Positions 33,380 to 46,270 of a stretch of 64,000 nucleotides of DNA are shown in pieces. The stretch's first letter is position 1, and every line of letters starts with the position of its first letter. Origin of the DNA: Takakia lepidozioides (lineage: Eukaryota > Plantae > Bryophyta). A program made the translations under genes and the position numbers. Below the pieces are notes generated by a model. The model saw nothing but the letters and a program-made list of their open reading frames with translations. It ran no database searches and had not been told where the DNA came from. The stretch covers positions 57,536,001-57,600,000 of the forward strand of contig CM060733.1 in the NCBI GenBank assembly GCA_030704615.1, written 5' to 3'.

Positions 33380-35350
33380 AGTAGATGCACTCTCCCACTG
33401 CAGGAGAGTTGAAACCGCACCATTGCTTAAAGTGGTTGATGTATGAAAACATCACATAGCTTAAGTCGCAAAAAACTGAAGTACAAGTGCTTGCAAGGGA
33501 CATACTTGCCTCTATTCCCAACACTGTTGGAAGACAGAGATGAAGTCGGGACATGTACAATTACGTTCATTGTCAACTTTGATCTTGTAGAACTTCCCAT
33601 ATACAACAGACCCTTCAGTCACGATGGTGTAAACCATGTCAAGACCAGGTGGAGGGATGTCTTCCCTGCTTATTGTAAGATCATGATGCTGCACATGCTT
33701 CCCATCACGTTGTTTTGGGTGAGTATCTACTAAATGTACACGCCCTTGTGCGAAGGGCACTTGAAGCTGTGGTGCAAGAAATGCGTCGCCCATTACGTTT
33801 TTTTTCGAATACATGCTTCCTCGAGTCATTTTACCTCTTGGGATGTAAGGTTAGTGCCAAGTTTCATTGGCCATATTTGCGGTGGTGTTGGCTGCCCAAA
33901 ACAGGTTGTCGAACAGTGCCTTCTATATATGGTTTAATGTCATTAGCACAAGACCAAAATTTATGAATTTTGGCCTCATTTGCATTGAAATGTCACAAGA
34001 ATCATGTGAATGTAGGTGCAGGGGACCCAGTTGTGGTCCTTGGTATTCTGGATTTGCATCACGAATGTGTTGGCTGTAATTGTTGTGCATGTCAACGGTA
34101 TGTTCGATGTGCCTCATCGCATCATGTTGCAATCCGTCTCAACAATGTCCATCCATTCTTCCACTCCACTTTCAGATGTTAACCCCATTGACGTATGGTG
34201 CTCCGAGGAGGAGCCCCCCATGACAAACTCCCCAACGTGGACATTTGGAGTAGACCGAACACTGACATGTGGAACAGAGTAGTTGTCTTTGTCCGACCTA
34301 TGTGAGTCATTAGTTGATTTGGGAGGAGTTCTTAGTTTTCGTTTGCAAGTTCCAATTTCCAAATTGCTCCTGATCCCCCTCCTAATGAGGAAGTCTAAAC
34401 TGAAATGGAGTATCGGCCATGGAAGAATTCACAATATCTCCAAGTTTCTTAGGATCACCTGACCTCCTTGCAGCGCAGACAATTGGCTTTGGTATAGACG
34501 TCCATATTTCTCTTTTTATCTTCTTGCCACTCTCTGACCAATATGAGTTCGCAGATTATAAGTTCATAGGTTTCTGGAGTTCTCTGTTTTCCTCCTTGTT
34601 AAGTTCACTTCATGAGGTCTCCTTTGCAAATATGCGTTGGCGCATACCTCCAGAATCATCGACTCAAAAAGAATGAGGTGGCCATGTTCAACCATGCATG
34701 TTGCACCAGATCACTTTACTTTCGGATTTTTGATTGTTATTCTGATTGCTTGTTCTTCATTTGGTTCCTTGGTGGAACTGTGTGCTGGACATGTGTGCCA
34801 CTGTGCACCACCGCGAAACGCCAAAGCACACTTGTTTCGCAGGCTTTTTTTTTTTTTTTTTTTTCCTTTTTTTCCCAACTTTTTACGGGGCTGAAAACAA
34901 CCTTGCTTTGCAGCAGCCCAACGTTTTCTTTTAAAAACTATATTTATTTATTTACTTAAAATGAATTTTCTGGTTTTGACGGGGTTGGAGAACAACTGTG
35001 CATTAATGCACACTTGCTTTGTAGCAGCCCAATGGAAAAGAATATAAAATATGAATATGTATATATATATAATTTTTATTCCTCTGGTATTCAGGGGCTG
35101 GAAAACAAACTCTGCTTTAACGCACACTAGCTTTGCAGCAGCCCAACGGAAAGAAGAAAGAAAAGATAAATAAATAAATAACTCTTTTTTTGGTTGATTG
35201 GAAAATAAGTGTGCGTCAATATTTTATTTTATTTTTAAAATTTACAGAACAGGGGATAGTGGCCCTGATAAATTTTATTAATAATTATTTGGAGAAAAAA
35301 ATTAAAATCCCTATCACACACTTGTTTTGCAACAACCCCATAGCACTCTT
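33380..35350 (-). mobile_element. Remnant of a MULE related to the 13747-17278 transposase
   Basis: EIGTCKRKLRTPPKSTNDSHRSDKDNYSVP matches ERFGSCKRKLDTPPGSAGDSHRHDRDNYSIP. SWIM CTCPDF lies at ~33540-33560. TTGCTTTGCAGCAGCCCAA units repeat at 34900-35340. Confidence 0.8.
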
Positions 35351-36155
35351 ATTGTTTTAAATCCACGAATCATTTGCTATAGTTTTCCTTCCCCCAATGG
35401 GTCTTGTCGGTTTTTTCATAAACTCGGGAATAGGGTCATACGGTTTAGATACCATCCACGATTATAGGCTTTTTCTTTTTACTATTCTTTGAATCCTCTT
35501 CTAGCTCAAGCACCACGAATCATGTTTTGCTATAGGCTCATGCGAGCTTGCTCACCAAATAGCAATCCTGCAAGGTTCTGTTTCTACGCTCGGGTACACC
35601 GTTATGATGCGGTGTGTTAGGTTGTGTGAACTGCCTCTCAATGCCATGTTCATTGTAAAAAGTAAAAAACAAGAGAGAACCGTACTCCCCTCCTTTATCT
35701 GATCGTAAAACTTTGACTGACATGTTAAATTGTCTCAAGACCTTCGCATGAACATGCTTGAAATGAGTAAGTGTCTCACTTTTCTTTCCAAGAAAATAGA
35801 CCCAACCAAAACGACTATAGTCATCATAAAGGTCAAATGTAGTAAGCCCCAAACAAAGATTTGACAGAAAATGGTCCACACACATCTGTATGGATCAGTT
35901 CAAAATATTGTACTTTATGGTGTAAACTCTTCTTGGGAGCTCTCTGAATATTCTTCTTATCTAGTGCACATGCCTGGCATGCTAAGTCGGAAGGGTCGGA
36001 AGGACAAATCTTTGGTAGACTAATGACTAGACCCTTTTCATGCATCAGATATAGGCTTATGTAATTTAAATGCCCAAACCAGCTAAGATGCCAGATTCTA
36101 GTGAGATTGATTGTTTTAGTCACTGACCCCAAGAAAAGTTCCTTAGACATGTGTA

Positions 36156-36330
36156 CAGTACAGGACAAAAAAAGGGAGCCACCCCCGCTGCCCCTTTTTG
36201 CGACGCCCAGCCGTCGCAAGGTGCGTCGCCGTGGGGGGTTGCAACGGGTTTTTTTTTCTTGCGACACCGGGGGTTTGCAATGGTTTTTTTTTTTTGGGCG
36301 TTGAACACCCCTCGTCGTTTTCTTTGAGAA
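36156..36330 (+). mobile_element. CACTA-like end fragment (CAGTACAGGA) related to 20139
   Basis: Shares CCTTTTT(T)G(C/T)GACGCCCAGCCGTCG(C/T)AAGGTG with 20249-20281 and follows the same Copia sequence. Confidence 0.5.
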
Positions 36331-37630
36331 AACCTATGCCCCAGTTGCCAAACATAATACTTTGCGTGCCATCACTGCACTGGCTGGTCACAATGGATGG
36401 TCAATCTACCATCTTGACGAGTGCAAAGTATGTAGATTGCACAAAGCATTGTACGGATTGCACCAAGCACCTCGTGTCTGGTATACTAAGATTGATGAAT
36501 ACTTGCAAAAACAAGGATTGAAGAAAGACATCGCTGATGAGAACCTGTATTATTTTGGCAAAGGTGACAAGGTGGTTCTTTTAATTCTTTATGTCAATGA
36601 TGTTTATCTCACCGATAACCACACTACTAAGCTCCACTAGATTAGAACAAAAATTCAAAAGAGGTTTGAGATGACAGATTTGGGGTTGTTGAGTTAGTCG
36701 TTAGGGCTGGAGTATTTTTTTCGGTCGGAGGGTATTACTGTCACGTAGAGAGGATATGTAACACAGATGCTATTCAAGAATTTGGGTTTTCTAACTACAA
36801 TGATGCAGTTGTGCCTATGCTACTAGGACTTCAGCTCATGCCAGACATGGAAGCTTCCATAGTGGACGCACAAATGGACCAACAGATGGGGAATTTCCCA
36901 AGGCAAACCCGGCCAGACATTTATTTTGCAATAAATGTGGTGAGTAGGTTCTCGGACCAACCCTAAACTCCACATCTAGATGTTGTGAAGCACTTTTTTA
37001 GGTATATCAAAGGTACGGTGGACCTTGGTATTTGCTATCGGCAAGGGGAGGAAAACATACTCACAGGCTATTCAGATGCCGACTGGGCTGGAGACATTCA
37101 CTTTCACAAATCAACAAACAGGTTATCTATTTTGTTTAGGATCGAGTCCAATCACATGGGGTATCAGAAAGCAGCCATGCACTGCTCTTTCATCCACAGA
37201 AGCCGAATATATGGCCATGACAAGTAACGCAAAAAGCGACTATGTGGATGAGGAGATTGTTTGGAGAAATTCAAGCAATCAACAAACAAGAACCGGTGGA
37301 AATCATGGTTGATAATCAAAGTGCAATTAAACTCTCTGAAAACCAATTCTTCGTGACAGAACCAAGCATATTGTGATTAGACATCATTTTGTTAGAGAAA
37401 AGGTTGCGGTGAATTAGAAATGAATTATGTTCCATCCTCTTATCAGCTGGTATACATCTTGACCAAACCCTTGGGTCGCATTATGTTCGAGAAACTAAGA
37501 GAGAAGCTAGATTTGGTACACACAATTGACTACTCGAATTATGCCAAAACTTGGAGCATGTAGTCTAAACTAGAATGACATTCTTTTTGTATACTCTGTT
37601 GGAACGATGAATAGCTTCCAAGTTCGAGTA
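36330..37630 (+). mobile_element. Inverted copy of the Copia RT-RNase H region
   Basis: KVCRLHKALYGLHQAPRVWY, LILYVNDVYL, GYSDADWAGD, ALSSTEAEY, with stops. Confidence 0.9.
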
Positions 37631-40600
37631 TTTCAGTAAAAGAATATCGTCGTATGTATGCATGTACTAGTCGGTTTGTTGACTACACCAGAATGTTCCA
37701 AGTAGGACAGATCAATAGCTGTGAAGTAGGTTAATTTAGTGGACCACTCCACCAGTCGCCAGTAGTTAATCATGAAATGAAATGAGTAGCTTCCCCACTC
37801 TCTTAGACTTGGGATTAGCATATTGTGTATGCTTCGAGTTTAATCTATAGCAACTTCGGACATCTCAGTTCTCCTTCACGATCGCCAAGGATCTGAAAGT
37901 TCTTTAACAAGAAACTGGTAAGCTGCCCTGCTCATTTCAATTCAGCTACCCGTGAATTCAAGCTTTGGATACTGGGGAACCTCAGGGGGAGTATGAATTG
38001 CCGAACGTGCCGGATCCGGCTGTTCGAACTCTTCATGTGAGAGCTAATGGGGGCAAACCAGTACCCCTGCTGTCTGCGAAGGAAAAGGAGGAATGACACC
38101 GGAAATATCTTTGTTGGAGTTGCGCAGAGCTGAAACCGATGTAATTCCATCGTGTGTGCACACAGAAAGTCAGAGGCCTAACCCACTCCGTTCTTGCCCG
38201 GGAGACTATCAGAGTGTGCAAATTTGCAGTCACATGAACGGCCGGGCTGGGCAACAAGATTCTCAGCACCATATCTACGGTTCTTTATACAGTTTTGACT
38301 CTCAAAGAGTATTGTTGGTAGTTGGTACCTTCATCAAACCTGATATCCATGTGTGAGCCCGTCGAAGGGACATCTTGGAAGGTTGATGTTGAGGATATCC
38401 ATACAGTGGTAGGAGGGACAACCTGCAGAGTGCTGACCGCTTGGAGATTAAAACTGAAGAACATATCTTCTTTGATTGTCCTCTCCACTATGAGTCCGGG
38501 GGAGATACTATTGCTTATTTCAAGCATCCCCTACAGACTCCAGAGGGGTTTAGGTACTAGGATAACAATACTTAGCATCATATCCGCATGAGGCGTTTTA
38601 TCTTAAGACCTGGGCACTCTCTTTCTTGTTTCTTGCTTTCTCTATGGGCTCCAAGTATGAGCTTTCCGAGGACTTTAAAAATGGATCATTTCATTTCATT
38701 TCATTCCATTCCATTTTTTCCTCTCTAACTGTAGGGGGTTTGACCTCCATACATTTGCTTGCCCTCTGAAATGACAACTAGACTAGCAGGAGTGAAGGTC
38801 AAATTGGAAATGTGACGCCATTATGATGTGCTGTTGCTGCTCACACTGTAAATCCTTGGGTTAGGTAGGGCTTGGGTGATGTGTTTTCAATCCATGCAGT
38901 TGCGAGGCAGACAGTAGGCCGATCAACTGGAGGGCAACCTTTCACATGCCAGCACCCACAAAGGCCAAAGGGGTTTAGCAGCAATCAATACACAGGAATT
39001 GGAGCCCCACATTAATTAGATTTTGGAGCTCTGCAAGTGACTCAAAATAGGTGAAGTATTGATGAGAACCCTCGGACCCTTCATTCCTATGAAACACAGT
39101 TGAAGAGAATAATCAAACAGATAACACATGCATTTCCATCGGAAATGACTAACGGTTGACCTATTCCAAGGCAATTTTCTCATGGGCTCATTCATTACGG
39201 CCTGGCGGTACATAGTAATGAGGGGGGCGGATACATTAATGCAAATGGCTATTTCTTAGCAAGACGCCAGAGGCAGCTTCACTGACTGGTCAAGACATGA
39301 CCTAACTCCTCGGCTCATAGCGTGCCCACAAATGTGGAATCAAGTGTGTGGAGGTGAACAGTTTTGCAACAATTTGCTGCTCGAGAAAGGAAGAGAGATG
39401 ATTTGGCAACCAGGCTGGCATCTGGCACTCTTTCACTGTTGAAAGGAGTGATGGGATGCATGTATCATTGCAAAGGGGGAGACCAGCAGCTTTTGTAGTA
39501 GCATAGCTATTAGCGAGCCAGGACAAAGGCTCGACATTCAGTGGCTTTATTAGTCTTCGTCTGCGAGTTCAGTCTGAGCGCTGCTGTACCTAAGTTATGG
39601 GAGTGGCTCTTGGCTATAATGAACCCGCGTATCTGAAGTATATTTGAAGTTTGAGTTGGAGTGTTTGCTGCCACTACCTCCTCATCACCTTGTTGTTGAA
39701 GAATACCCCTCATAATTGATCTTCAACAGAAACAAATATCCACCCTCATTACATGCAACTGTTCAGGCGGGTGGCCTACATACATACTATAAGTGGGCTA
39801 AAAATTGGCGAGTTTAAAAGCCTAGATGTTTATGTCCAAACCGGAAAGCAAGCATCCTCACCAATTGTCCAGTCAATCCATAACTGTTGGTTTCAAAGCC
39901 AACAAGTTGAATGGATTGCTGATGATACATTTCCACAGATCGAGTTGATGGCAGGGTGGGTTTCCATGTCCATGATCTGGTAATTCTTGCAGCAGATGTG
40001 ATCAGAGCACTAGGAATAGCCTAATAAGCTCAGGGCCATTCTTTCCTATCTACTCAGAAGCAGGTGAGATTCTTCAAGTTACTGTGATTGTGGTAAAGCT
40101 GTACCGTGACTTCCCATAAGACCCAATCACTCTAGCTAGGATTTTGATTGCAAAACGATGTGCCATGGATGTGCACTTTCAGTACTACTCAATAGAGCAA
40201 TGTTGCATGTAATATAGCATGCCTTTCAGATCTGATTCGAACTTAACAAGTCATGCGATCTATCATGGATTTCTTGGTTACTGTCACAAATGAGTACCAA
40301 ACAGCCATTATGGGGGTGAGGGGCACTACATCCATTAAGTTAAGAAAATGGTAGAGAGGATGCAGAAGGATTCAGAGTCTAGCGTGTCATGTACTAGGTA
40401 TGTAATAGTGTCAATGGCTTGAAAGAGTTTAATGACTGTCGTGTGCAGTCAACTCTCTTTAAGTGTTCCCTGGGGAAGTGTTAACATGTTAGGTGCTAAT
40501 AAAACTCGGAAAATAAAGTATATAGTATATACCATGTATACCATAGTTAACCCTAATTTAGCATAAAGACACATACCTAAGTAGGGCTGGCATAAGTAGT

Positions 40601-40755
40601 CATATTCCTTAAGTAAATAAATAAACCCCTCTATAAACGTTCACCATACGTAAACTTGAAGACAGCAGGCTCTGTTCCTTTCCCCCAAAAACTTCAAAAT
40701 TAAAATAACTTATACCCATATGTTACATTTCAAAGTAGGTCCTAATCCTAACTAC

Positions 40756-40985
40756 TTTTTTTTTTTTTTTGCTTAGAAAGGGAAATACCTGGGAGCGACA
40801 GCTCACAAATCAGGCCCCCTTAATAGTGAGAGGAGAAAATAACCTCTTTCACAATAACCTGTCATGAGGCGTAGGAATGGGGCGCCACCCAGGAACCATA
40901 CCACACCCCTCAGTAGCAAGATTTGACCCCAGAATCATCTGGGTGGCACTCAGTGCACTTAACCAACTGAGCTACTGACTGTTGC
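40756..40985 (-). mobile_element. Full-length tRNA-derived SINE with TSD
   Basis: On the minus strand: A-box TAGCTCAGTTGG, B-box-like GGGTCAAATC, 3' GAGGTTATTTTCTCCTC motif and poly(A) (T-run at 40756-40770). Flanked by TCCTAACT direct repeats at 40746 and 40986. Confidence 0.8.
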
Positions 40986-43102
40986 TCCTAACTTACAAAA
41001 GAGGTGAACTACATCTCCTATTTGGATGCATCAACTTTAAAAATAAAAAATAAAAAAGTCGTTCCTAGGTGTTTCCCTTAAAAAAAAGTAAAAAAAAGTA
41101 AACGAAAATTATAATAAATCTGGTTTCTTCAAGCAAGTCTTAATTGTTCAAGCAAATTATTCTAGCAAGTCTTCTCCAGCAAGTCTTATTTTTTTTCATT
41201 TATTAAATCTTCCCTTTCAAATGTATATACATATATGTACAATATGGGTGGATGTTATTATCAACTTTCTATCAAACTTCCTTTCTTACCTATGAGAATG
41301 TTAGGCTAACTGTTTTCTAGACTGGCCTGTCCAAGTGTTCACCGTCTCTATAATGTAGGGATGGAAGACATTTAATGAGTTGTTGCTGTTTGTCATAATC
41401 TCTTTTGGGTTGTAGCAAAATGCCTTTGGAGAAATGATCAAGATCGTCAGTGAACTGTGTCAGCAAGACCCTTGTAAGAGATATATGAGTTACCAGGGCT
41501 GGTGTGAGTTCTAAACTTATTTAGGTGCAAGAACCAGGCTCAAACTGATCATGATTGGGTTCTTTAAAAAACACTAACAATCATGAGACAGAAGCAGGAG
41601 CACCTAGATTCTAGTCCCTTGTAGTTTACAGATTCTGAAGTACTGGGTGACATAATAATGCCAGTAAACCTAACTTGACTGTGTAAACTGTCATTAATTA
41701 TCCTACTATATTTAGTGAAAATGCTGCAGAAGGTTAATGAGCTTGGTGCCAGACGCGGTTGAGCATTCTGGCAACGTCCTTTTTCCTTAAAAAGCCAAAA
41801 CCAACACTGCTTTCACAATCAGAGGAGATTGAATGCTTTCTCTTTTCTGGCTGTCTGGTGTGTGTTTCACACCAGCAAAGAATGTGTGATTGTGTTTGCA
41901 TACTTATCTAGATTGTGGGTGGCTGCTAAGAATGCCATGGAATGGCAGTATGTATGATTGGACCCTCATAAAGACTCATTTATCATGTATATCCCTACAG
42001 TCACACAAACCCTTGAATGCGTGGAGAGGGATGGGATGAGAAGCTCTAGGCTGTTATGTATCAAACAAGGAGCAAAATTTAGTAGCCATAGACATTCTCA
42101 CTGCAGACAACCATCTAACTTGAAACTGATAGGTAACAGCTTACCTTCAATAGCTGGCCCCACAAAAGCTTGAAGAGAAATCAGAGTCATCCAAGGAAGA
42201 TAATATGGTTCGAGGCTCATAAAAGCTTTGAGAATTATTTTCTCCCTACATTTTTGTTTTTGTTTTTACTTTTGAGGGCATATTCCATTTCTGGGCACCC
42301 TCTCACAAAGTTTTTACTACTCTTGACCCGGCCTGCCTGCTCCCAACCCGGTGAAACACAGCAGACCGCTAGCCTGCGGCCCTATACAGGCCCGGGCCTG
42401 GGCGAGCACTTGCTGCCAGGGCACCCCATCGCGGTCACGGGTCACACATGCTACAACTGGGAGTCCACCCCAGTTGCCGGGTTGTTTTGGGCGGGCAAAT
42501 ACCCACGAAATCAGGTCCGAGAAGGTCGAGTACAGTTGAGCTTTGGATCTCTAGAATCACGAATCACAAGGGCCACAGCTGTGTAACTCTCCGCTTTACA
42601 CAAGTGTAGATGACAGTAGCTAAGTAGTTGCATGAAAGGTCTTGGGTCTTGCACCTTCGAGATCTTTTATTCCATCCTCTTCTTATTAGGATCCAAGTGC
42701 TGGGTAGTGGGCAGCCAGTCTTGCTGCTTCAGGCTAGTACACACAGCACTGTCTCCTTCTCTGCTGGAAAAGTTCGTCCAGCTTCACGTTAGAGCTTGGA
42801 GTATTTTTGAATCTGCAGCTGGTGTCCTTCTCTCCCTCATAGATTGGGTCCGGCTTACACGTGAAGCGTATATCAGAGGGTAGCTGCAGGTCTGAAAAGA
42901 CTTGGGATTCCTTCTAGTACTGTCACGCACCATATAACGTCGTTCGCCACCCTATCCCCTGGCCTATTGTCACCAGCTCTCAAGCTCTTCCAGTGCTGTT
43001 CGAAGGTGCAGTCTTGAAGTGCCTCTCACGTTTTTAACTTTCGGACCACATGATACAAGAGTAATCATAGTGCTTCACTTGGTGTAGCTGTTGCTAGTGG
43101 CT

Positions 43103-46100
43103 ATGGCTGCCCAACACCCATCAAGGTTTACCTTCATACTTGTATCGTTGTGGTGCACATTGGCAAGGGCACAAGCGCCCCCTCTCTACCCCGCGTTGTT
43201 CATCTTGGGAGACTCGCTCGTAGACGTGGGAAACAACAACTACATTTCATCGATTGCGAAGGCTAACACAGTACCCAATGGGATTGACTTCCCAAACCAT
43301 CAAGCAACTGGCCGATTCTGTAATGGGAAAACAGTGTTCGACATTCTGGGTAAGCCTTCCTGATTATTTGTGAGCAGATGTTTGGCCACACTTAGAGCAG
43401 AAACCCGAGTTCTGAAAGAATCATTGACTTGTGTGTCTGTGCCTTGTGAGAAATGCGTGCTCTGTTGCCAGAATTGGTGACCGGTATTTTAGTGTAGGAA
43501 TGATATTTTTTGCACAGACGGGCAACGGATTGACAGCCATTGCTCTTGTACATGGACCTGGTATTTATATGCTACCATGCATCCACAAGTATCCGAACTG
43601 AGTTGCTCAAAGTGCAGTCCATCGAGGGAAAAGCAAACTCATTTTCAAAGTGCTAATGTCTCTTTTGTAAGTTGACGAGCTAAGATAAAAATGTGTGTGA
43701 TCGCAGCTCAATATATCAACCTCCCGTTCCCCCCGCCATTTCTGGCTCCTTCGTCTACTGGGAGAGCGATACTCCAGGGACTGAACTATGCGTCAGGTGC
43801 AGGCGGCATCCTTAATGGAACCGGGTTCAATTATGTACGTTACGTGATCTTTTGGGCTCTACCCCTCTTTCCTAGAAATGTGGCGTTCTCTTCGAATTTT
43901 CAACTAATGGTGTCCAGTAAGATATGATTACTCTCGAGCGTCCCTGTTAGTTGTCAACGTTTCCCGAAGTATGTCATATCGCAGCCTCGGGATCATTGGA
44001 TTTTCCTGTTCTGTCTCCCGAGCAGCTTTAGGGCTTTTGAAGCCATCTTTCCAGGGGTCATCATGCATATAGCTCTTGCAGTGCTTCTGTCGCTGTCGGA
44101 CCACATTTCTCTTCAATAGGTGACATTAGCATGCAACTTCCTTCAGAGGGATTAGTGCATGACACAGTGAGTTTCCAAAGTCATGAGACACTTTAACTTT
44201 TACATTTTGAACACTTCTAGGGTAGACATTTGCAGGCTGCATCAAAGCCAATGTCCAAACGTCCTTCAAAAGTGTGGAGTGCACATCAACAGTGCATCAT
44301 CGATCTACGATCAGTCAGTTTGAATGTATCTTAATCTCTAGACCTATTATGTGAGAGCATGAGCAGATAGGAAAGTGAACGGGCAATGGCGGGTGCAGTT
44401 TGCTCGGTTGTCATTCGACATACAATTAGATTATTTCGAAAAAACTGTTTCCGAACTCGAATCGATGTTAGGCCCACAGGCCACCAAAGATCATGTTGCG
44501 AATTCGCTTTTTGCAATACTCCTTGGAAACAATGACTACATCAACAACTATTTTCTCCTCGCTTCAAGGACCAGACCAATCTATACCCCACAAGCGTATC
44601 AAGACCTTCTCATAGAGACATACCGAGGGCAGCTCGAGGTATTTATCTCTAGCTCTAGACCTGCTTCCCTTGTTTCTGATAATTCTAGTTGGGCCATCAT
44701 TTTTCTAGTGATTCAATGATCCTGGGGGGTCCAGGATCGAGGCCATATGCTCTCCAGATATTACCCTGCTGGGGCAGGTGAAGGGGTCTAACCCACTGGT
44801 CCGTAGATGGGAAGGGGAGCCAGAGCTATGTTCTGTAAGGAGACTATTCTTGGCAAAGAAAGACTTATCCACAGTCAGGAGCCTACCAGAGTAGGACGGT
44901 GGGATGGATGGGAGGAAAATGTGGAGACTGGATGTGGACCATACTAGTGCTACACACACGTTCAGCAATAAATACCAGCTTGTTCTGGCTGAATCAGACA
45001 GTCAAAGACATTACATTCTTGAAAGTGTATGTGAGCACCGCAGCAGTCTCCTAGACCTAGCATGAGGCAACCCTTAATCGGTGATCAGCATGAAGTGCTT
45101 CGTCCGAGTCAATATCTTCAGGGGGTGCGGTTTGTCAGTAGAATACACTGCTGTATTCCCTTGGCCACGACAGCCCTGAAATTAGGGGGAAAGCAGTGTG
45201 ATCAGCAGTATGGGAGCATTACAGACAAAATTCCTTTTGAAGTGCATGTGGGCCTCTCCTTCCCCTAAAGAAATCTCCTGAACCAAATTGTTGCTAGAGA
45301 GCACTAACAGAAGAGCACCTACAATTTCTCAAAGATGCAGGGACTGAATGGGAATGCATTAAGAGGACATGATGGACAATGTGTCATGTGGCCTGATCTC
45401 ATTACTGTGGTGCAGAGACTGTATAACTTGGGTGCCCGGAAAATAGTTATCTCAAACGTTGGTCCACTAGGTTGCATTCCCTCCCGGTTGGCAGCAGCTG
45501 GAAGCCAGAATGGTGAGTGCATCCAAGCTGATAATGAAAAGGTTGTTGGGTTCAATGCGGCCCTGAAAGGAGTTCTCGAGGAGTTGAGCAGCACTCTACC
45601 AGGATCAATCTGGCTGTACGGGAACGCCTATGATGCATTTTATGGCCTGATCCGGGATGGAGCTTCTTATGGTATGTGCAACTTGCTTGTTCAGTTTCAA
45701 CTCGATCTATTCTGTCTAGGTGTACTCATTTGGCATTTCTAAATACAAAGCAAATGGCAGAAGCTTGAAAATATTTCTCCTATGTTCATATGGCTAGTGC
45801 TAAAAACTGTGGTTCTCATGCTTATACGCTGATAGGTTTTGGTGCTCACATTTAAAATGCTTATAAGCTTTGGTGTTCCTATGAGTAGACCTAGAGAGAA
45901 GTCACTGCGTTTGCAAGAGAATTTTTAGGAGGGTGTGTCCTTTTGAAATAGAGAGATCTTATGAGTGGGAGCTTTAGTTAGGCAGAATTGGGTAATATGG
46001 TGGAATCCTTGGTGGATAACAGTACATGTTCCTGTATTTACAGGGTTCACCGTGAAGGATCAGGGATGCTGTGGTGGGGGAACTTACAAAGGACAACTCC

Positions 46101-46270
46101 CTTGCATACAAGGACTTTCTCTTTGTCCCGACAGATCCAAATACATTTTCTGGGACCCTTACCATCCCACTGAGGCAGTGAATGTGATTTTGGGGAGATT
46201 ACTGTTTGAGGGTCCCCCCTCTGCAGTCTCCCCCATGAATGTCCTTCAGCTTAGCAGTGTTCACCTTTGA
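43103..46270 (+). CDS. GDSL esterase/lipase (SGNH hydrolase), 5 exons
   Basis: Exons 43103-43349, 43707-43834, 44399-44638, 45416-45671 and 46044-46270 with GT-AG introns. Signal-peptide-like N-terminus, FILGDSLVDVGNNN, TGRFCNG, GLNYASG, GNNDY, LYNLGARK and FWDPYHPTE. Confidence 0.93.

Larger units (their letters stand above)
28410..36150 (-). mobile_element. Degenerate Ty1/Copia retrotransposon interrupted by several insertions
   Basis: Integrase (FELIHTDVCGP, DDYSRFGWVYFL, LRSDKGGEY, TPHHNGVPERRNRTL; 35538-36150), RT (KNKTWVLADLP..KARLVARGF; 32346-32807), RT/RNase H (TRPDISFAV, GYADA, AKEAVWLRRL, DNQSAI, HFVRE; 28470-29140), and a polypurine tract GAGGGGGGG followed by TGTTGAG at ~28424-28409. 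Confidence 0.9.
27130..38700. repeat. Large inverted duplication: 27130-32630 (interrupted by insertions) vs 36330-38700
   Basis: AATGATCCATTTTTAAAGTCC at ~27133 is the reverse complement of ~38669-38690. Paralogous ORFs 27245-27538(-)/38322-38591(+) and 28659-29024(-)/36985-37227(+). Confidence 0.9.

Noticed and set aside
38800-40300. Protein-coding gene
   Set aside because: Only short ORFs with no motif I can recognise.
40905-40980. Functional tRNA genes here and at ~28130, 49663 and 56612
   Set aside because: A/B boxes are present but no convincing cloverleaf. Poly(A) tails, TSDs or repeated copies indicate SINE heads.
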